From an uncultured Candidatus Saccharibacteria bacterium (GTDB lineage Bacteria > Patescibacteriota > Doudnabacteria > UBA920): a DNA stretch of 64,000 bases. The position numbers were made by a program, and so were the translations under genes. The DNA lies in the NCBI GenBank assembly GCA_964372905.1, contig CAYJQY010000005.1, forward strand, positions 230 to 64,229. Direction: 5' to 3'. Below the pieces are notes generated by a model, which saw nothing but the letters and a program-made list of their open reading frames with translations, was not told the origin of the DNA and ran no database searches. Of the stretch, positions 1-8,809 are shown piece after piece; the stretch's first letter is position 1; each line of letters begins with the position of its first letter.

Positions 1-556
1 CGGCTTTGGCCAGGTCTGAAATATTGTGAAGCTTTACTGCTCCATCCACTTCCAGTATAGCATTGGGAAGCAGTTTTCTCAATTCGCGGAGGCGGCCAAA
101 AGTTTCTGATACGAATGGCGCGCCCTGCCTGCCCGGCACCACGCCCATGAGCGTGAACTGCCTGGAAAAATGCGCGCACTCTGCCAATTTTGCCACCACA
201 GTCACAGGATTGACGGCCATGGCCGGCACAAGCCCCAAGCCGGCAATGGCTTCAATGGCCTTGCGCAGTTCATCCAAACCCGCAAAGGCTTCGTAATGAA
301 CAATAATTTTTTTGAATCCGACAATCTGGTAGTCTAAAAAATCACCGGGGTTTTGGATCATCAAATGAGCTTCCCATTCAAATGCGGGATTCAGCGGCTC
401 AAATTCGGCGATGTCCAACATGGCATTGGACACGAATTTACCGTCGGCAAAATCCACATGGATTTTCTCCACGCCGGGAATGCGCGTTATCGCGAACTGC
501 TTGTCGCGGAACGCCTGGATGGTTTTTTCAAGAATTGCGGGTAGGATTATGGCCAT
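1..556 (-). CDS. rpe: ribulose-phosphate 3-epimerase (5' part; gene continues past window start)
   Basis: Reverse-strand translation from ATG at 556-554 gives MAIILPAILEK…HVDFADGKFVSN…LMGVVPGRQG…VDGAVK, matching RPE motifs (IAPSIL, H-x-D-x-M-D-G-x-F-V-x-N, V-D-G-G). No stop inside window. Confidence 0.7.
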   Translation of the reverse strand, partial: MAIILPAILEKTIQAFRDKQFAITRIPGVEKIHVDFADGKFVSNAMLDIAEFEPLNPAFEWEAHLMIQNPGDFLDYQIVGFKKIIVHYEAFAGLDELRKAIEAIAGLGLVPAMAVNPVTVVAKLAECAHFSRQFTLMGVVPGRQGAPFVSETFGRLRELRKLLPNAILEVDGAVKLHNISDLAKA

Positions 557-580
557 TGGATGGCTCTTGTTGTTATTTAT

Positions 581-609
581 TTGACAATTTAGCTATTTTA
601 TGATATAAT
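581..609 (+). promoter_or_regulatory. consensus sigma70-type promoter (TTGACA-17nt-TATAAT)
   Basis: TTGACA at 581-586, 17-nt spacer, TATAAT at 604-609 with TGa just upstream. It faces into the rpe/rpiB intergenic gap where no plus-strand CDS exists. Confidence 0.5.
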
Positions 610-615
610 ATATAT

Positions 616-786
616 TTACTACCTGTTATTATAAATGTATAATGTCCCCATAAGGATCGGGGGGTCAATGAACCCCCCGACCATAGCCCCTAATCCAAAA
701 GGTAGAGGGGCACACAGCAACTGCTGTTACCGAAGTGAGAAGCCGGCTCGCGAATAGCGATAGATAGCCCGGCTTTTTTTATTTTT
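616..786 (+). ncRNA. candidate ~170-nt small RNA of unknown class, bounded by promoter and intrinsic terminator
   Basis: Lies downstream of a perfect -35/-10. Contains an 8-bp G6/C6 hairpin (657-680) and ends in a stem-loop agccggct…agcccggc followed by T7-A-T5 (741-786). No ORF longer than 17 aa. Confidence 0.35.
741..786 (+). terminator. rho-independent terminator (plus strand); its T-run overlaps the rpiB stop codon
   Basis: GC stem agccggct/agcccggc with a one-nt bulge, followed by ttttttt a ttttt. Confidence 0.5.
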
Positions 787-1243
787 CAAACTCCTCCATC
801 TTTTTAATTCTCCGCGCATGCCGCTCCTCGCCGGAAAACGCCTTGGCCAGCCACGCATCAACCGCCTTCGCAGCCTGGCCCTCGGTCAAAAATCCCGCGC
901 CGAGCGATAGAATATTCGCGTCATTATGCTCGCGCGACAACGAAATAATTTCCTCGGGGCCGCCATAATACACCGCCGCGCGAATGCCTTTAACTTTGTT
1001 GGCCGCCATGGCCTCGCCCTGCCCGCTGTAGCCAATAACTATGCCGCGATGCTCGCCAAGCGCAGCGGCACTAAGCGCTGCCGCCACTTTCTGCGCGCAA
1101 GGAAAAATAAAATCCGGATAATCATCGAGCTTATCGTAACTGAAAGCGCCACAATCTTCGACGTCTTTCCCTTGTCCCCGCAAGCGAGCAATTAAAAATT
1201 GTTTGAGCTTAAATCCGGCGTGGTCCGAAGCAATGTAAATCAT
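779..1243 (-). CDS. rpiB: ribose-5-phosphate isomerase B
   Basis: MIYIASDHAGFKLK… matches the RpiB/LacAB N-terminal signature; 154 aa. Confidence 0.85.
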   Translation of the reverse strand: MIYIASDHAGFKLKQFLIARLRGQGKDVEDCGAFSYDKLDDYPDFIFPCAQKVAAALSAAALGEHRGIVIGYSGQGEAMAANKVKGIRAAVYYGGPEEIISLSREHNDANILSLGAGFLTEGQAAKAVDAWLAKAFSGEERHARRIKKMEEFEK

Positions 1244-1932
1244 AAAACTATATTTATCATCTGATTAAATTCGTTGGGCGATAAACTGGCACCGCCCGGA
1301 AGGACGCCATCGATGTGATCCTGCTCCAAGAACTTCTTGACATTCACGCTATTGACGCTGGCGCCATAAATTACCGTCTCAATTTCATATTTAGATTTAA
1401 TAAAAATTGCGATTTTTTCCGCGTGCTCGGGCGTGGCCGGCGTGCCCGTGCCAATAGCCCAGACCGGCTCATAAGCCACCACTACCTTTTTGGGATCTGC
1501 GCCGCCCAAGCCAACAGCTAACTGCTCCTTCAACACATCGATAACATCAAACTCATCCTGCCCTGGCGTGGTGCCGTGGCCAACGCAGAGCACTGGTGTG
1601 ATATTTGCGCTTTGCAATGCTTTAACCTTATCATTAATTTCCTGGTCAGTATCCCCTGCTGCCCGCCGTTCGCTATGCCCAACCAGGCAATATTTCACGC
1701 CGAGCGATTTGAGCTGAAGCGCAGAAATTTGCCCCGTAAAAGGGCCTTTGATCTGCCAAAAACAATCCTGCGCCCCGAGGCGCGGGTAATTTATTTGCGA
1801 CAAAAACACGACAGGCGGACACAGCACGGCCGTATGTTTGGGATTACGATCAATCTTAGCCGCCAAGCGCTTGGCCTCGGCCAGAGTGGCCGGGTTGAGT
1901 TTCCAGTTGCCAAGGATAAGTTTCTTTGTCAT
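1240..1932 (-). CDS. tpiA: triosephosphate isomerase
   Basis: GNWKLN, GHSERR and AYEPVWAIGTG motifs. The stop overlaps the rpiB start (ATGA). Confidence 0.9.
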   Translation of the reverse strand: MTKKLILGNWKLNPATLAEAKRLAAKIDRNPKHTAVLCPPVVFLSQINYPRLGAQDCFWQIKGPFTGQISALQLKSLGVKYCLVGHSERRAAGDTDQEINDKVKALQSANITPVLCVGHGTTPGQDEFDVIDVLKEQLAVGLGGADPKKVVVAYEPVWAIGTGTPATPEHAEKIAIFIKSKYEIETVIYGASVNSVNVKKFLEQDHIDGVLPGGASLSPNEFNQMINIVL

Positions 1933-1976
1933 TCAAATTGCCATTCAATCAAATGGTTGGAGTATTAATTCCTAAC

Positions 1977-2996
1977 TTATGAAGCGCCTCGGCTCTCCCG
2001 GCCTTCATGATCCCCCCGCAAAAACTTCGCGCTTTCCTCGGGCGGCATGGAATTAACCGGAATGCCCGTACCATATTCGAATCCGGCCCAAATGGTCAGC
2101 CGCGGGAAAATCGTCAAATGCCAGTGAAAGGCCTTTTCTTCATGGAGGGTATGCTGGTCGCGTTTGAACGGCATATTATGAATGTAAAAATTCAGCGGCG
2201 GGTCGGATAATTTAGTATAAAGCTGGCCCAAAGCGGCTTTCAACACAAAAGACAAATGCTTCAGCTCTTTTTCGTCGCTATCTTCAAACCACGCCGCGTG
2301 CTTTTTAGGTAAAATCCAAGCCTCAAACGGACTCCGCGAAGCATAAGGGGAAATCACCACAAAAAACTCATCTTCATAAATCAGGCGGTCTTTGACCTTA
2401 ATCTCCTCTTTCATAATATCACAATAAATACAGGTCTGGTTATTTTGATAATAATGATAGCAGCCGAGCATTTCCGCGTGGATGTGCGGCGGCACAAATG
2501 GCATAGCCAAGAGCTGATAATGAGGATGAATGACCGAAGCGCCGGCGTCGCGGCCGTGATTATGGAAAATCTGCACGTAAGCTACCTGTTCGTCTGCCCG
2601 AGCCGCGTTTATCCTCTCAATAAAAGTTTTCAGCGACAGCTCAACCGTGGCAATAGATTGCATGGCTACGGGCTCGTTGTGCTTGCGCGTAATAATGACT
2701 TCGTGTTCGCCGTAGCCGCCGCGCGACACGTAAAAATCGCGGTGGGCATAGGCCTTGGTATGCTCGAGGGAATGGAATTTATTTTCGATGACGCGGATTT
2801 TCCATTTGTCGTTGTCGGGGAATTTGTACAGTTCCTTATTGCCGCTTTCATTGCCCGGACAAAACACGCACGATTCGTCCCGCTCGGGCAGGCCGCGCAT
2901 GACCGAATAGGTCCGGAAGTCTTCCGGCCGCTTGGCGCGATTAGGGGAAATCAGCACCCACTGCTTGGTTATGGGATTTTGGCGGAATTCAGACAT
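1977..2996 (-). CDS. galT: galactose-1-phosphate uridylyltransferase (HIT family)
   Basis: CVFCPGNE zinc motif and VIHPHYQ (HxHxQ) active site; 339 aa. Confidence 0.75.
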   Translation of the reverse strand: MSEFRQNPITKQWVLISPNRAKRPEDFRTYSVMRGLPERDESCVFCPGNESGNKELYKFPDNDKWKIRVIENKFHSLEHTKAYAHRDFYVSRGGYGEHEVIITRKHNEPVAMQSIATVELSLKTFIERINAARADEQVAYVQIFHNHGRDAGASVIHPHYQLLAMPFVPPHIHAEMLGCYHYYQNNQTCIYCDIMKEEIKVKDRLIYEDEFFVVISPYASRSPFEAWILPKKHAAWFEDSDEKELKHLSFVLKAALGQLYTKLSDPPLNFYIHNMPFKRDQHTLHEEKAFHWHLTIFPRLTIWAGFEYGTGIPVNSMPPEESAKFLRGDHEGRESRGAS

Positions 2997-3020
2997 AGCG
3001 GTTAGACCCTGGCTTTTTTT

Positions 3021-3239
3021 CTAATGACCCACATTGTAGGGTGGGTCCTGTATAGCTAATCTTGTCCTGTCCCCAGCCATAAGCCGCTCCACATCAGTCT
3101 TCTTGGATGCGTCCAAACAGGCTACTTTATGTCCGCGTGCGGGGTCTTCCCATATCATTCCGTAATGAAAATCGGGCAAGCTATGTAATTCTTTTTTGAG
3201 TTTGGTAGTAATTTTTTGAGCTGTCAATTCGGTATTCAT
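3021..3239 (-). pseudogene. N-terminal 72-aa remnant of an N6/N4 DNA methyltransferase (truncated just after the DPPY motif)
   Basis: …HKVACLDASKKTDVERLMAGDRTRLAIQDPPYNVGH* matches the start of N6_N4 MTases (…GD…DLI.TDPPYN) but stops right after DPPYN. galT starts 25 nt downstream. The last codons form a 7-bp hairpin gacccac/gtgggtc. Confidence 0.4.
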
Positions 3240-3661
3240 AAATCTCGGTTTAATGATCTGTTTAGATAACTCTGCAAAATGATTTGCGCGGCTAAACTGT
3301 CGATGTTTTTGGCGCCGGCGTGGCCCCTGCCGCTCGCTTGCCCCGCGTCCGCGATGCTACCGGCCATTGCGCTGGACAATCTTTCATCAAAAAATTCCAC
3401 GGGCAGGTTGGCCGCGGTTTTCAATCGTTCGGCAAACTCCCTGGCCTCGCGAGTTTTGTCCGTATCCTCCCCGCTCATATTCAGCGGCAGGCCCACAACA
3501 ATTTTCTTAACTTCATTTTCCGCCAGCAGGACCGGCAAGCGGGTAAAAAAATTTTTGGGCGACAGCACGGCCAGCTCCCGCGCCAGGGTCTGCGATTCAT
3601 CCGAAACGGCCAGGCCCACGCGCCGGGTGCCGTAGTCAACGCCGAGGATTTTCATCGTCAT
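3236..3661 (-). CDS. ruvX: YqgF/RuvX Holliday-junction resolvase-like (pre-16S rRNA nuclease)
   Basis: ILGVDYGTRRVGLAVSD N-terminus; 141 aa. Confidence 0.85.
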   Translation of the reverse strand: MTMKILGVDYGTRRVGLAVSDESQTLARELAVLSPKNFFTRLPVLLAENEVKKIVVGLPLNMSGEDTDKTREAREFAERLKTAANLPVEFFDERLSSAMAGSIADAGQASGRGHAGAKNIDSLAAQIILQSYLNRSLNRDL

Positions 3662-3721
3662 TTATATACTTTTTTAGTCGGCAACGGTCGGCCCAGCCGC
3701 CCGCTTTGTTTTCCGTAAAGT

Positions 3722-5065
3722 TCATTTTTTTTCTTCCAGGGTTACTGTTACTGATTTTTCCTGCCCCTTGCGGTAAATTTTTAAATTGACGGCGTCTCCG
3801 GCATTATAATCCTTAAGAATTTTCGCCAGGCTGTTTTTTTCGTCCACGCGCTTGTTGTTAACTTCCAAGATAATGTCATTTTCCACCAGGCCCGCCTTGT
3901 CTGCCGGACTGCCCGGAATCACGGCCAAATCAGAGGAACTTGCGCCGCGCACTATTAAAGCGCCGTAATCTTTCGGCAATTTCTGCTGTTCGGCCAAAGC
4001 AGGGGTAATGAGCATATAACGCACGCCGAGGAAAGGGCGGACAATCCTACCCTGTTTTTGGAAACTGTCCAGCGCGCGCTTGGCATCGCTAATGGGAATG
4101 GCAAAACCCACCAGCTGGCCCTGGCGATCAATGGCCGTATTGATGCCAATGGCCTGGCCGTCAATGTCCAGCAAAGGCCCGCCGGAATTACCCGGATTGA
4201 TGGCCGCATCCGTCTGAATCACGCCTTCCAGTTGTTCGCTGCCGCCCAAATCGCCGCCTGCGGTAATGCTGCGGCCGATGCCGGACACAATACCGCTGGT
4301 CACGGTATTTTGGTACTGGCCCAAAGAATTGCCAATGGCCACTACGCGCTGGCCAATTTGGATTTGCGCGGAATCGCCCAAAGGCACAGTCGGCGCATCT
4401 TTAATATCAATTTTGATGATGGCCAAATCATTAACGGTATCGCGCGCCAGAACTTTGGCGTCATAACGCTTGCCGTCGCTGGTAAGCACCGTGTAACTGG
4501 CTTGCTCGTCGGACACCACATGGCGGTTGGTGAGAATGAGGCCGTCGGCCGAAACAAAGAAGCCGCTGCCAGCGCCGATTTCCTGGATGTTCGGCGTTTG
4601 CTTCTGGCCAGGCTGCGGTTGTTGCTGTTGCGGCGCGGGAAAGCCGAAAAACGGCCCGAAAGGATCAAAATTAAAATTGAAAGAATTGCCGCCGCCGAAC
4701 TGCGGCAATTTGCTAATGTCTTTAGAGATAATAATAGATACCACCGCCGGCGAAGCTTTCTTCACTACATTGATGATGGCCGAATCTTCCCCAACCACTA
4801 TTTTTTGGCCGGCGGGCTGGCCCCCCTGGCCGGCTGGCCCGCTACCGGCCAGTTTTTCCAGTCCGGGAATTTTGGAAACATAGGCCGCGCCGAACGCGCC
4901 GCCAACCAATCCAAAAATTACGCTGGCAATAATGCAAGTAACGATAATGCCCGCGCCGGCGCGGTTGCGGCGGCGCTGTTCCAGGTCCTCGCTCAACTTT
5001 GGCCCGGCCAGCGGCGATCCCATGCCTTGATCTTGAATTTTTTGTTCTTGATTGTCCGTAATCAT
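3722..5065 (-). CDS. htrA: HtrA/DegP-family serine protease with C-terminal PDZ domain, membrane-anchored
   Basis: GNSGGPL catalytic motif, His/Asp region LTNRHVV…DLAIIK, PDZ-like C-terminus, N-terminal TM segment; 447 aa. Confidence 0.85.
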   Translation of the reverse strand: MITDNQEQKIQDQGMGSPLAGPKLSEDLEQRRRNRAGAGIIVTCIIASVIFGLVGGAFGAAYVSKIPGLEKLAGSGPAGQGGQPAGQKIVVGEDSAIINVVKKASPAVVSIIISKDISKLPQFGGGNSFNFNFDPFGPFFGFPAPQQQQPQPGQKQTPNIQEIGAGSGFFVSADGLILTNRHVVSDEQASYTVLTSDGKRYDAKVLARDTVNDLAIIKIDIKDAPTVPLGDSAQIQIGQRVVAIGNSLGQYQNTVTSGIVSGIGRSITAGGDLGGSEQLEGVIQTDAAINPGNSGGPLLDIDGQAIGINTAIDRQGQLVGFAIPISDAKRALDSFQKQGRIVRPFLGVRYMLITPALAEQQKLPKDYGALIVRGASSSDLAVIPGSPADKAGLVENDIILEVNNKRVDEKNSLAKILKDYNAGDAVNLKIYRKGQEKSVTVTLEEKK

Positions 5066-5109
5066 TTATAGATAAATAACGCCGCTATGCGGCAATCTAA
5101 ATATCTTTT

Positions 5110-5138
5110 ATTATACCACATAAATCCCATGCCATGCC
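5110..5138 (-). promoter_or_regulatory. putative htrA promoter with extended -10 (TGgTATAAT); -35 falls inside the pentanucleotide repeat
   Basis: Minus-strand reading …ggcatggcatggGATTTATGTGGTATAATaaaag…; the -10 is at 5110-5115, about 45 nt upstream of the htrA ATG. Confidence 0.35.
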
Positions 5139-5152
5139 ATGCCATGCCATGC
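5128..5152. repeat. (CATGC)5 perfect pentanucleotide tandem repeat in the htrA promoter region
   Basis: catgccatgccatgccatgccatgc read directly; position was confirmed against the frame of the ORF-track entry 5087..5278. Confidence 0.9.
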
Positions 5153-5189
5153 CTATTTCGGTGCGCAGTGAAGGGTTGCCGCAGCGCAG

Positions 5190-6899
5190 TTACCCCGAGC
5201 TTTCATTACTCTGCGTATCCGAAATGGGCAAAACCGGCTGGAGCTGGGGCACCGGAATGCAGGTTTCCGATTCCTTAAACACAATCGCGCCTTTGAACAC
5301 GAATTTATTGAACAAGTTTGTGGTGACGCCGCTGACCACTTTGCTCACAATATTTTCCACATTAACCACGCCCAAATTAAGCACCGAAACATAAGCCGCG
5401 GCCTCGGCATTATTTATGGAAGCCAGTGAAGCCTGAATCTGGTTACTGACCAAATCGCGCGCGGCCTTAAGGCCCGGACTGCTAATCTCCAGGGTCGCGG
5501 CCTTTTCAGCCTGGCTCTGGGCTTGGTCTGCCGCATCCCGGAAATACAGTTCCCAGCCGTTGGGCGAAGCGAAGAAGTTCCCGACCTTGGCCAGCTTTTC
5601 GTAAAATTGCGGGTCCTTGGGATCCACATTGGCCGGGTCAAAACCCAAAAAGTCCCGGGCTTTGGCCTCAAACAACTGTTGAAAATCAGCCTTGTTGGCG
5701 CAACTGAACTGCGGAATGAAGCGCAAGATTATCTGACGGTCCAACGGATTATTCACATATTTATCCAAATAATCGTTCACATACTCGCCTTGCACTAGCG
5801 CGTCCGAATAATAAAGGAAGTTGGAAATTTTATAATTTTTTTCAATTTGGGTGATGAGCTTGTCCAAAAATTTGGTGGCGAAGTTGGCGAAAGCCGAGGC
5901 CAAACCCTGCTTAATGCCTTCCTTAATAGCATCGGGCACATTGCCGACAATTATGACCGTGTCGCCGGCGCCCAGTATGGCCTGGGCGGGCTTAATCAAA
6001 CCCAGGGCCGCGCCTTTGGCTGTGGAATCTTGACCCGAGGGATATTTTTTTAAATTACTTGAATATTGTTGCGAAGATGTTTTCGATTCGGGGGCCGCGA
6101 ACAAACCGAACGGCCCTGCCTGGGGACGCGGCGCGGCTGGAGTGGGGGACATAGGCATCCTGACGGCCAGCGGTAGAGCCAAATCGCTCAAATGAAAAAT
6201 CTGGTCGGCCTTGTTAAGTTCGCTGGTCACCGCGGCCATCTCCGAATTGATAATCGCGTAGCGATTGTAAACCTGGGGCCAGGGGTCCTCAATTTCGTTA
6301 AGATTATATTGTTTGGCCAGGGTCAACAAATTAAAGTAAGCGTCAAAGGTCAGAATTTGCGCTTTGTGAAAGCTGACCAGCGGCGCGGGCACCGGCGTTT
6401 GTTTCAGCGTTTGCACCAGAGTTTGGGTGCTCTGCACAGCACGGCCGATGTCGCCGGGATCCTGATCGGCGTTAAACAAATGTTTGCCGGCGTTAAGCGT
6501 GTCGTTGTTGTAATTTGTGGCCAGCTGCGCGACTTTAGCAAAATAATCCAGCATGACCTGCTTGTCCGCGCCCGATTTGACCGTAATCTGGCTGTCCGGC
6601 AGTTCCGGCAAAGTTATTTTTTGTTTGATGTCCAGCTCGGCTTCCACCTGTTTTTGAATGTCTGCCGGCGTCACCAGGCTTTGGAACAACTCTTTGCTGG
6701 CCACGGGGTCGGGCTTAATGGCCTTGAGATAATTTGCGTAGGCTTGCTGCTGGGCCGCTTCCTGCTGGCGCAGTTTGGCGTAATCCGTGGTGTCTTGGTA
6801 GCGGAACTGGGTGCGGTTCCACAGCGTAATGCCGCCGAGCACTATAATGGCCAGGCCGGCAATGATGATGGCGTTTTTTTGATCGGGTTGGAGGGGCAT
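5190..6899 (-). CDS. hypothetical signal-anchored protein (~569 aa), no recognised domain
   Basis: Long ORF with an N-terminal TM helix (AIIIAGLAIIVLGGITLW) and Q/P-rich linkers. The ORF-track start at 6968 is TTG and would overlap the dnaX stop, so the first ATG at 6899 was chosen. Confidence 0.55.
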   Translation of the reverse strand: MPLQPDQKNAIIIAGLAIIVLGGITLWNRTQFRYQDTTDYAKLRQQEAAQQQAYANYLKAIKPDPVASKELFQSLVTPADIQKQVEAELDIKQKITLPELPDSQITVKSGADKQVMLDYFAKVAQLATNYNNDTLNAGKHLFNADQDPGDIGRAVQSTQTLVQTLKQTPVPAPLVSFHKAQILTFDAYFNLLTLAKQYNLNEIEDPWPQVYNRYAIINSEMAAVTSELNKADQIFHLSDLALPLAVRMPMSPTPAAPRPQAGPFGLFAAPESKTSSQQYSSNLKKYPSGQDSTAKGAALGLIKPAQAILGAGDTVIIVGNVPDAIKEGIKQGLASAFANFATKFLDKLITQIEKNYKISNFLYYSDALVQGEYVNDYLDKYVNNPLDRQIILRFIPQFSCANKADFQQLFEAKARDFLGFDPANVDPKDPQFYEKLAKVGNFFASPNGWELYFRDAADQAQSQAEKAATLEISSPGLKAARDLVSNQIQASLASINNAEAAAYVSVLNLGVVNVENIVSKVVSGVTTNLFNKFVFKGAIVFKESETCIPVPQLQPVLPISDTQSNESSG

Positions 6900-6957
6900 G
6901 TTGGTTGTTGTTGATAATTTTTTTACGGATGAGGAATTATGGGTGCGGAAACGAAAA

Positions 6958-8574
6958 CTATTCCACAAGTTCGCCGCCGAACACGCGCAAAGCGTCGGTG
7001 AGCAAATTTACGGTGTCGCCGCTTGCCGCGGCCGGTTCGGTTTTAGCCAGGCGCGCGGACAGCCCCACGCGCTTGCCCATAACCTCGGCAATGGCATTGA
7101 TAATAAGCGCGCGTTGCTTGGCGCTTTCCAGATGTTCCTTGTGAAAAAGGTAGCGTACTTCCAAGGTCACCACGCCATCCTGCACCTCGGCCAGCGGCAA
7201 ATTTTTTACGAGCGTGGCCAGCGGGCTGTTGATTTTTTTTATGGCCTCGATAATCCCCGACCAATGCTCTTTGATCTGCGCTTCGGTTACGGAAGTATCC
7301 ACCGGCGGCTCAAGTGTTTGCGCTGTGGCTGTGCGGGCAACTCGTTGACCTCTGGTTTGATTATTTTCCGCGGCCGCTGTCATTGTCGGAATTTCACTGG
7401 CCACCAAACCGCGACCCTCTTCTTTCACCAAATTCACCGGAACTTCCGCACCCACGGCGGCCAATCTATAGCTGGCCTCAATGCCGGCCAGCAACAAAGG
7501 CAAATCCTGGTTGGGCGCAAAAGGCAGTTCCTTGAACGAGCGCAGAAACAAGCGAATGATATGCATAAGCTGATTCACGGTCAGCTGATCGGCCTGGCGT
7601 TGGAGCACTTGCTTGCTCTCGTCCGGGGTCGCGCTCTTGGCGCCATTGCTGGCGCCGCCGCCAGCCTCGCCGCCGGGCCCTCTGCCCCCGCCGAGCTTCA
7701 CCATCAATAACCTACGCAAATATTCCAGCAGATTTCGGTTGAAAATAAAAAAATCAAGGCCGGCCTCAAGCCAGCGATCAAACAATTCCGGCAGCCGCTC
7801 GGGCGAGCGGGCAATAATCGCCTCAATCAATTCCTGGCTGACGCGCTCGTCGCTGAGCCCCAGCAGCCGCTCTACCGCGGGGCGGTCAAGCTTATCGCCG
7901 ATCGCGGCCAGCTTATCGAGCAGAGACAGCGCGTCGCGCAAACTGCCTTCGGCCTGCCGCGCAATCAGCCCCAACACATCGGTATCGTAATGCCACTTTT
8001 CCTGGCGGCAGACTTCCGCCAAAAAATCCGCGATGTCGACTTCGGACAACCGATGAAAATCAAATCTTTGCGTACGCGAAATTATAGTTAAAGGAACTTT
8101 GTGGGCTTCCGTGGTGGCCAAAATAAAAATAGCGTGCGTTGGTGGTTCTTCTAAAGTTTTCAGCAAAGCGTTAAAAGCGCCCTTAGACAACATGTGCACT
8201 TCATCAATTATGAAAACTTTGTACTTGCCCTTGCTCGGCGTGAAGCGAACATGCTCGATAAGCTCGCGGATGTTGTCCACGCCCGTGTTTGACGCCGCAT
8301 CAATTTCTATCAGATCTAAAAAAAATCCGGCATTGAACTGCTGGCAAATATCGCACTTCAGGCAAGCTTCGCCGTTTTTGCCGTTGGGGCAATTTAACGC
8401 GCGCGCCAAAATCCGGGCCACGGAAGTTTTGCCCACGCCGCGGCTGCCGGTAAACAAATAAGCGTGCGCCGGCGTGCCGTTAATTACGGCGTTGCGCAAA
8501 GTCTGCACAATGGCCTGCTGGCTCACCACGCCGTTAAAGGTTTGGGGGCGATATTTTCGGTAGAGGACAGGCAT
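6958..8574 (-). CDS. dnaX: DNA polymerase III subunit gamma/tau
   Basis: YRPQTF, GxxGxGKT, zinc Cys cluster CPNGKNGEACLKCDICQ, and a DEVHML Walker-B–like motif. Confidence 0.9.
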   Translation of the reverse strand: MPVLYRKYRPQTFNGVVSQQAIVQTLRNAVINGTPAHAYLFTGSRGVGKTSVARILARALNCPNGKNGEACLKCDICQQFNAGFFLDLIEIDAASNTGVDNIRELIEHVRFTPSKGKYKVFIIDEVHMLSKGAFNALLKTLEEPPTHAIFILATTEAHKVPLTIISRTQRFDFHRLSEVDIADFLAEVCRQEKWHYDTDVLGLIARQAEGSLRDALSLLDKLAAIGDKLDRPAVERLLGLSDERVSQELIEAIIARSPERLPELFDRWLEAGLDFFIFNRNLLEYLRRLLMVKLGGGRGPGGEAGGGASNGAKSATPDESKQVLQRQADQLTVNQLMHIIRLFLRSFKELPFAPNQDLPLLLAGIEASYRLAAVGAEVPVNLVKEEGRGLVASEIPTMTAAAENNQTRGQRVARTATAQTLEPPVDTSVTEAQIKEHWSGIIEAIKKINSPLATLVKNLPLAEVQDGVVTLEVRYLFHKEHLESAKQRALIINAIAEVMGKRVGLSARLAKTEPAAASGDTVNLLTDALRVFGGELVE

Positions 8575-8594
8575 AAAAATATTTTGGCCTGTTC

Positions 8595-8623
8595 ATTATA
8601 GCATCGCGCGCTAATTTTGACAA
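8595..8623 (-). promoter_or_regulatory. putative dnaX promoter (TTGTCA-17-TATAAT, with TGc extended -10)
   Basis: Reverse complement reads ttgtcaaaattagcgcgcgatgctataat; the -10 is about 20 nt upstream of the dnaX ATG. Confidence 0.45.
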
Positions 8624-8809
8624 ACTAATTGCTTAGTTTGGTCTTGATTTCATCGGCGGGATCGTCTTCCGTTTCCGCGAGGGAGGGAGACAATTCCAAT
8701 CTCTATGTGTTCGTCGGAGTCGGCGGATATCGCGATTGTGCGGTCGCGGTGGACTTCAGAGCAGTTGCGCCTACCGGAGTAGTCTCGCCTCCCGCCGCTT
8801 CGTTTCCTT

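Noticed and set aside
616-786. SRP RNA, 6S RNA or tmRNA identity for the promoter/terminator-bounded transcript
   Set aside because: No convincing helix-8 GGAA/AGCAGC motif, no terminal closing stem typical of 6S and no tRNA-like ends. It is reported only as an unclassified sRNA candidate.
6958-6968. ORF-track start of the 592-aa protein at 6968
   Set aside because: That codon is TTG and would overlap the dnaX stop by 10 nt. The first ATG (6899), which begins at the TM segment, is more plausible.
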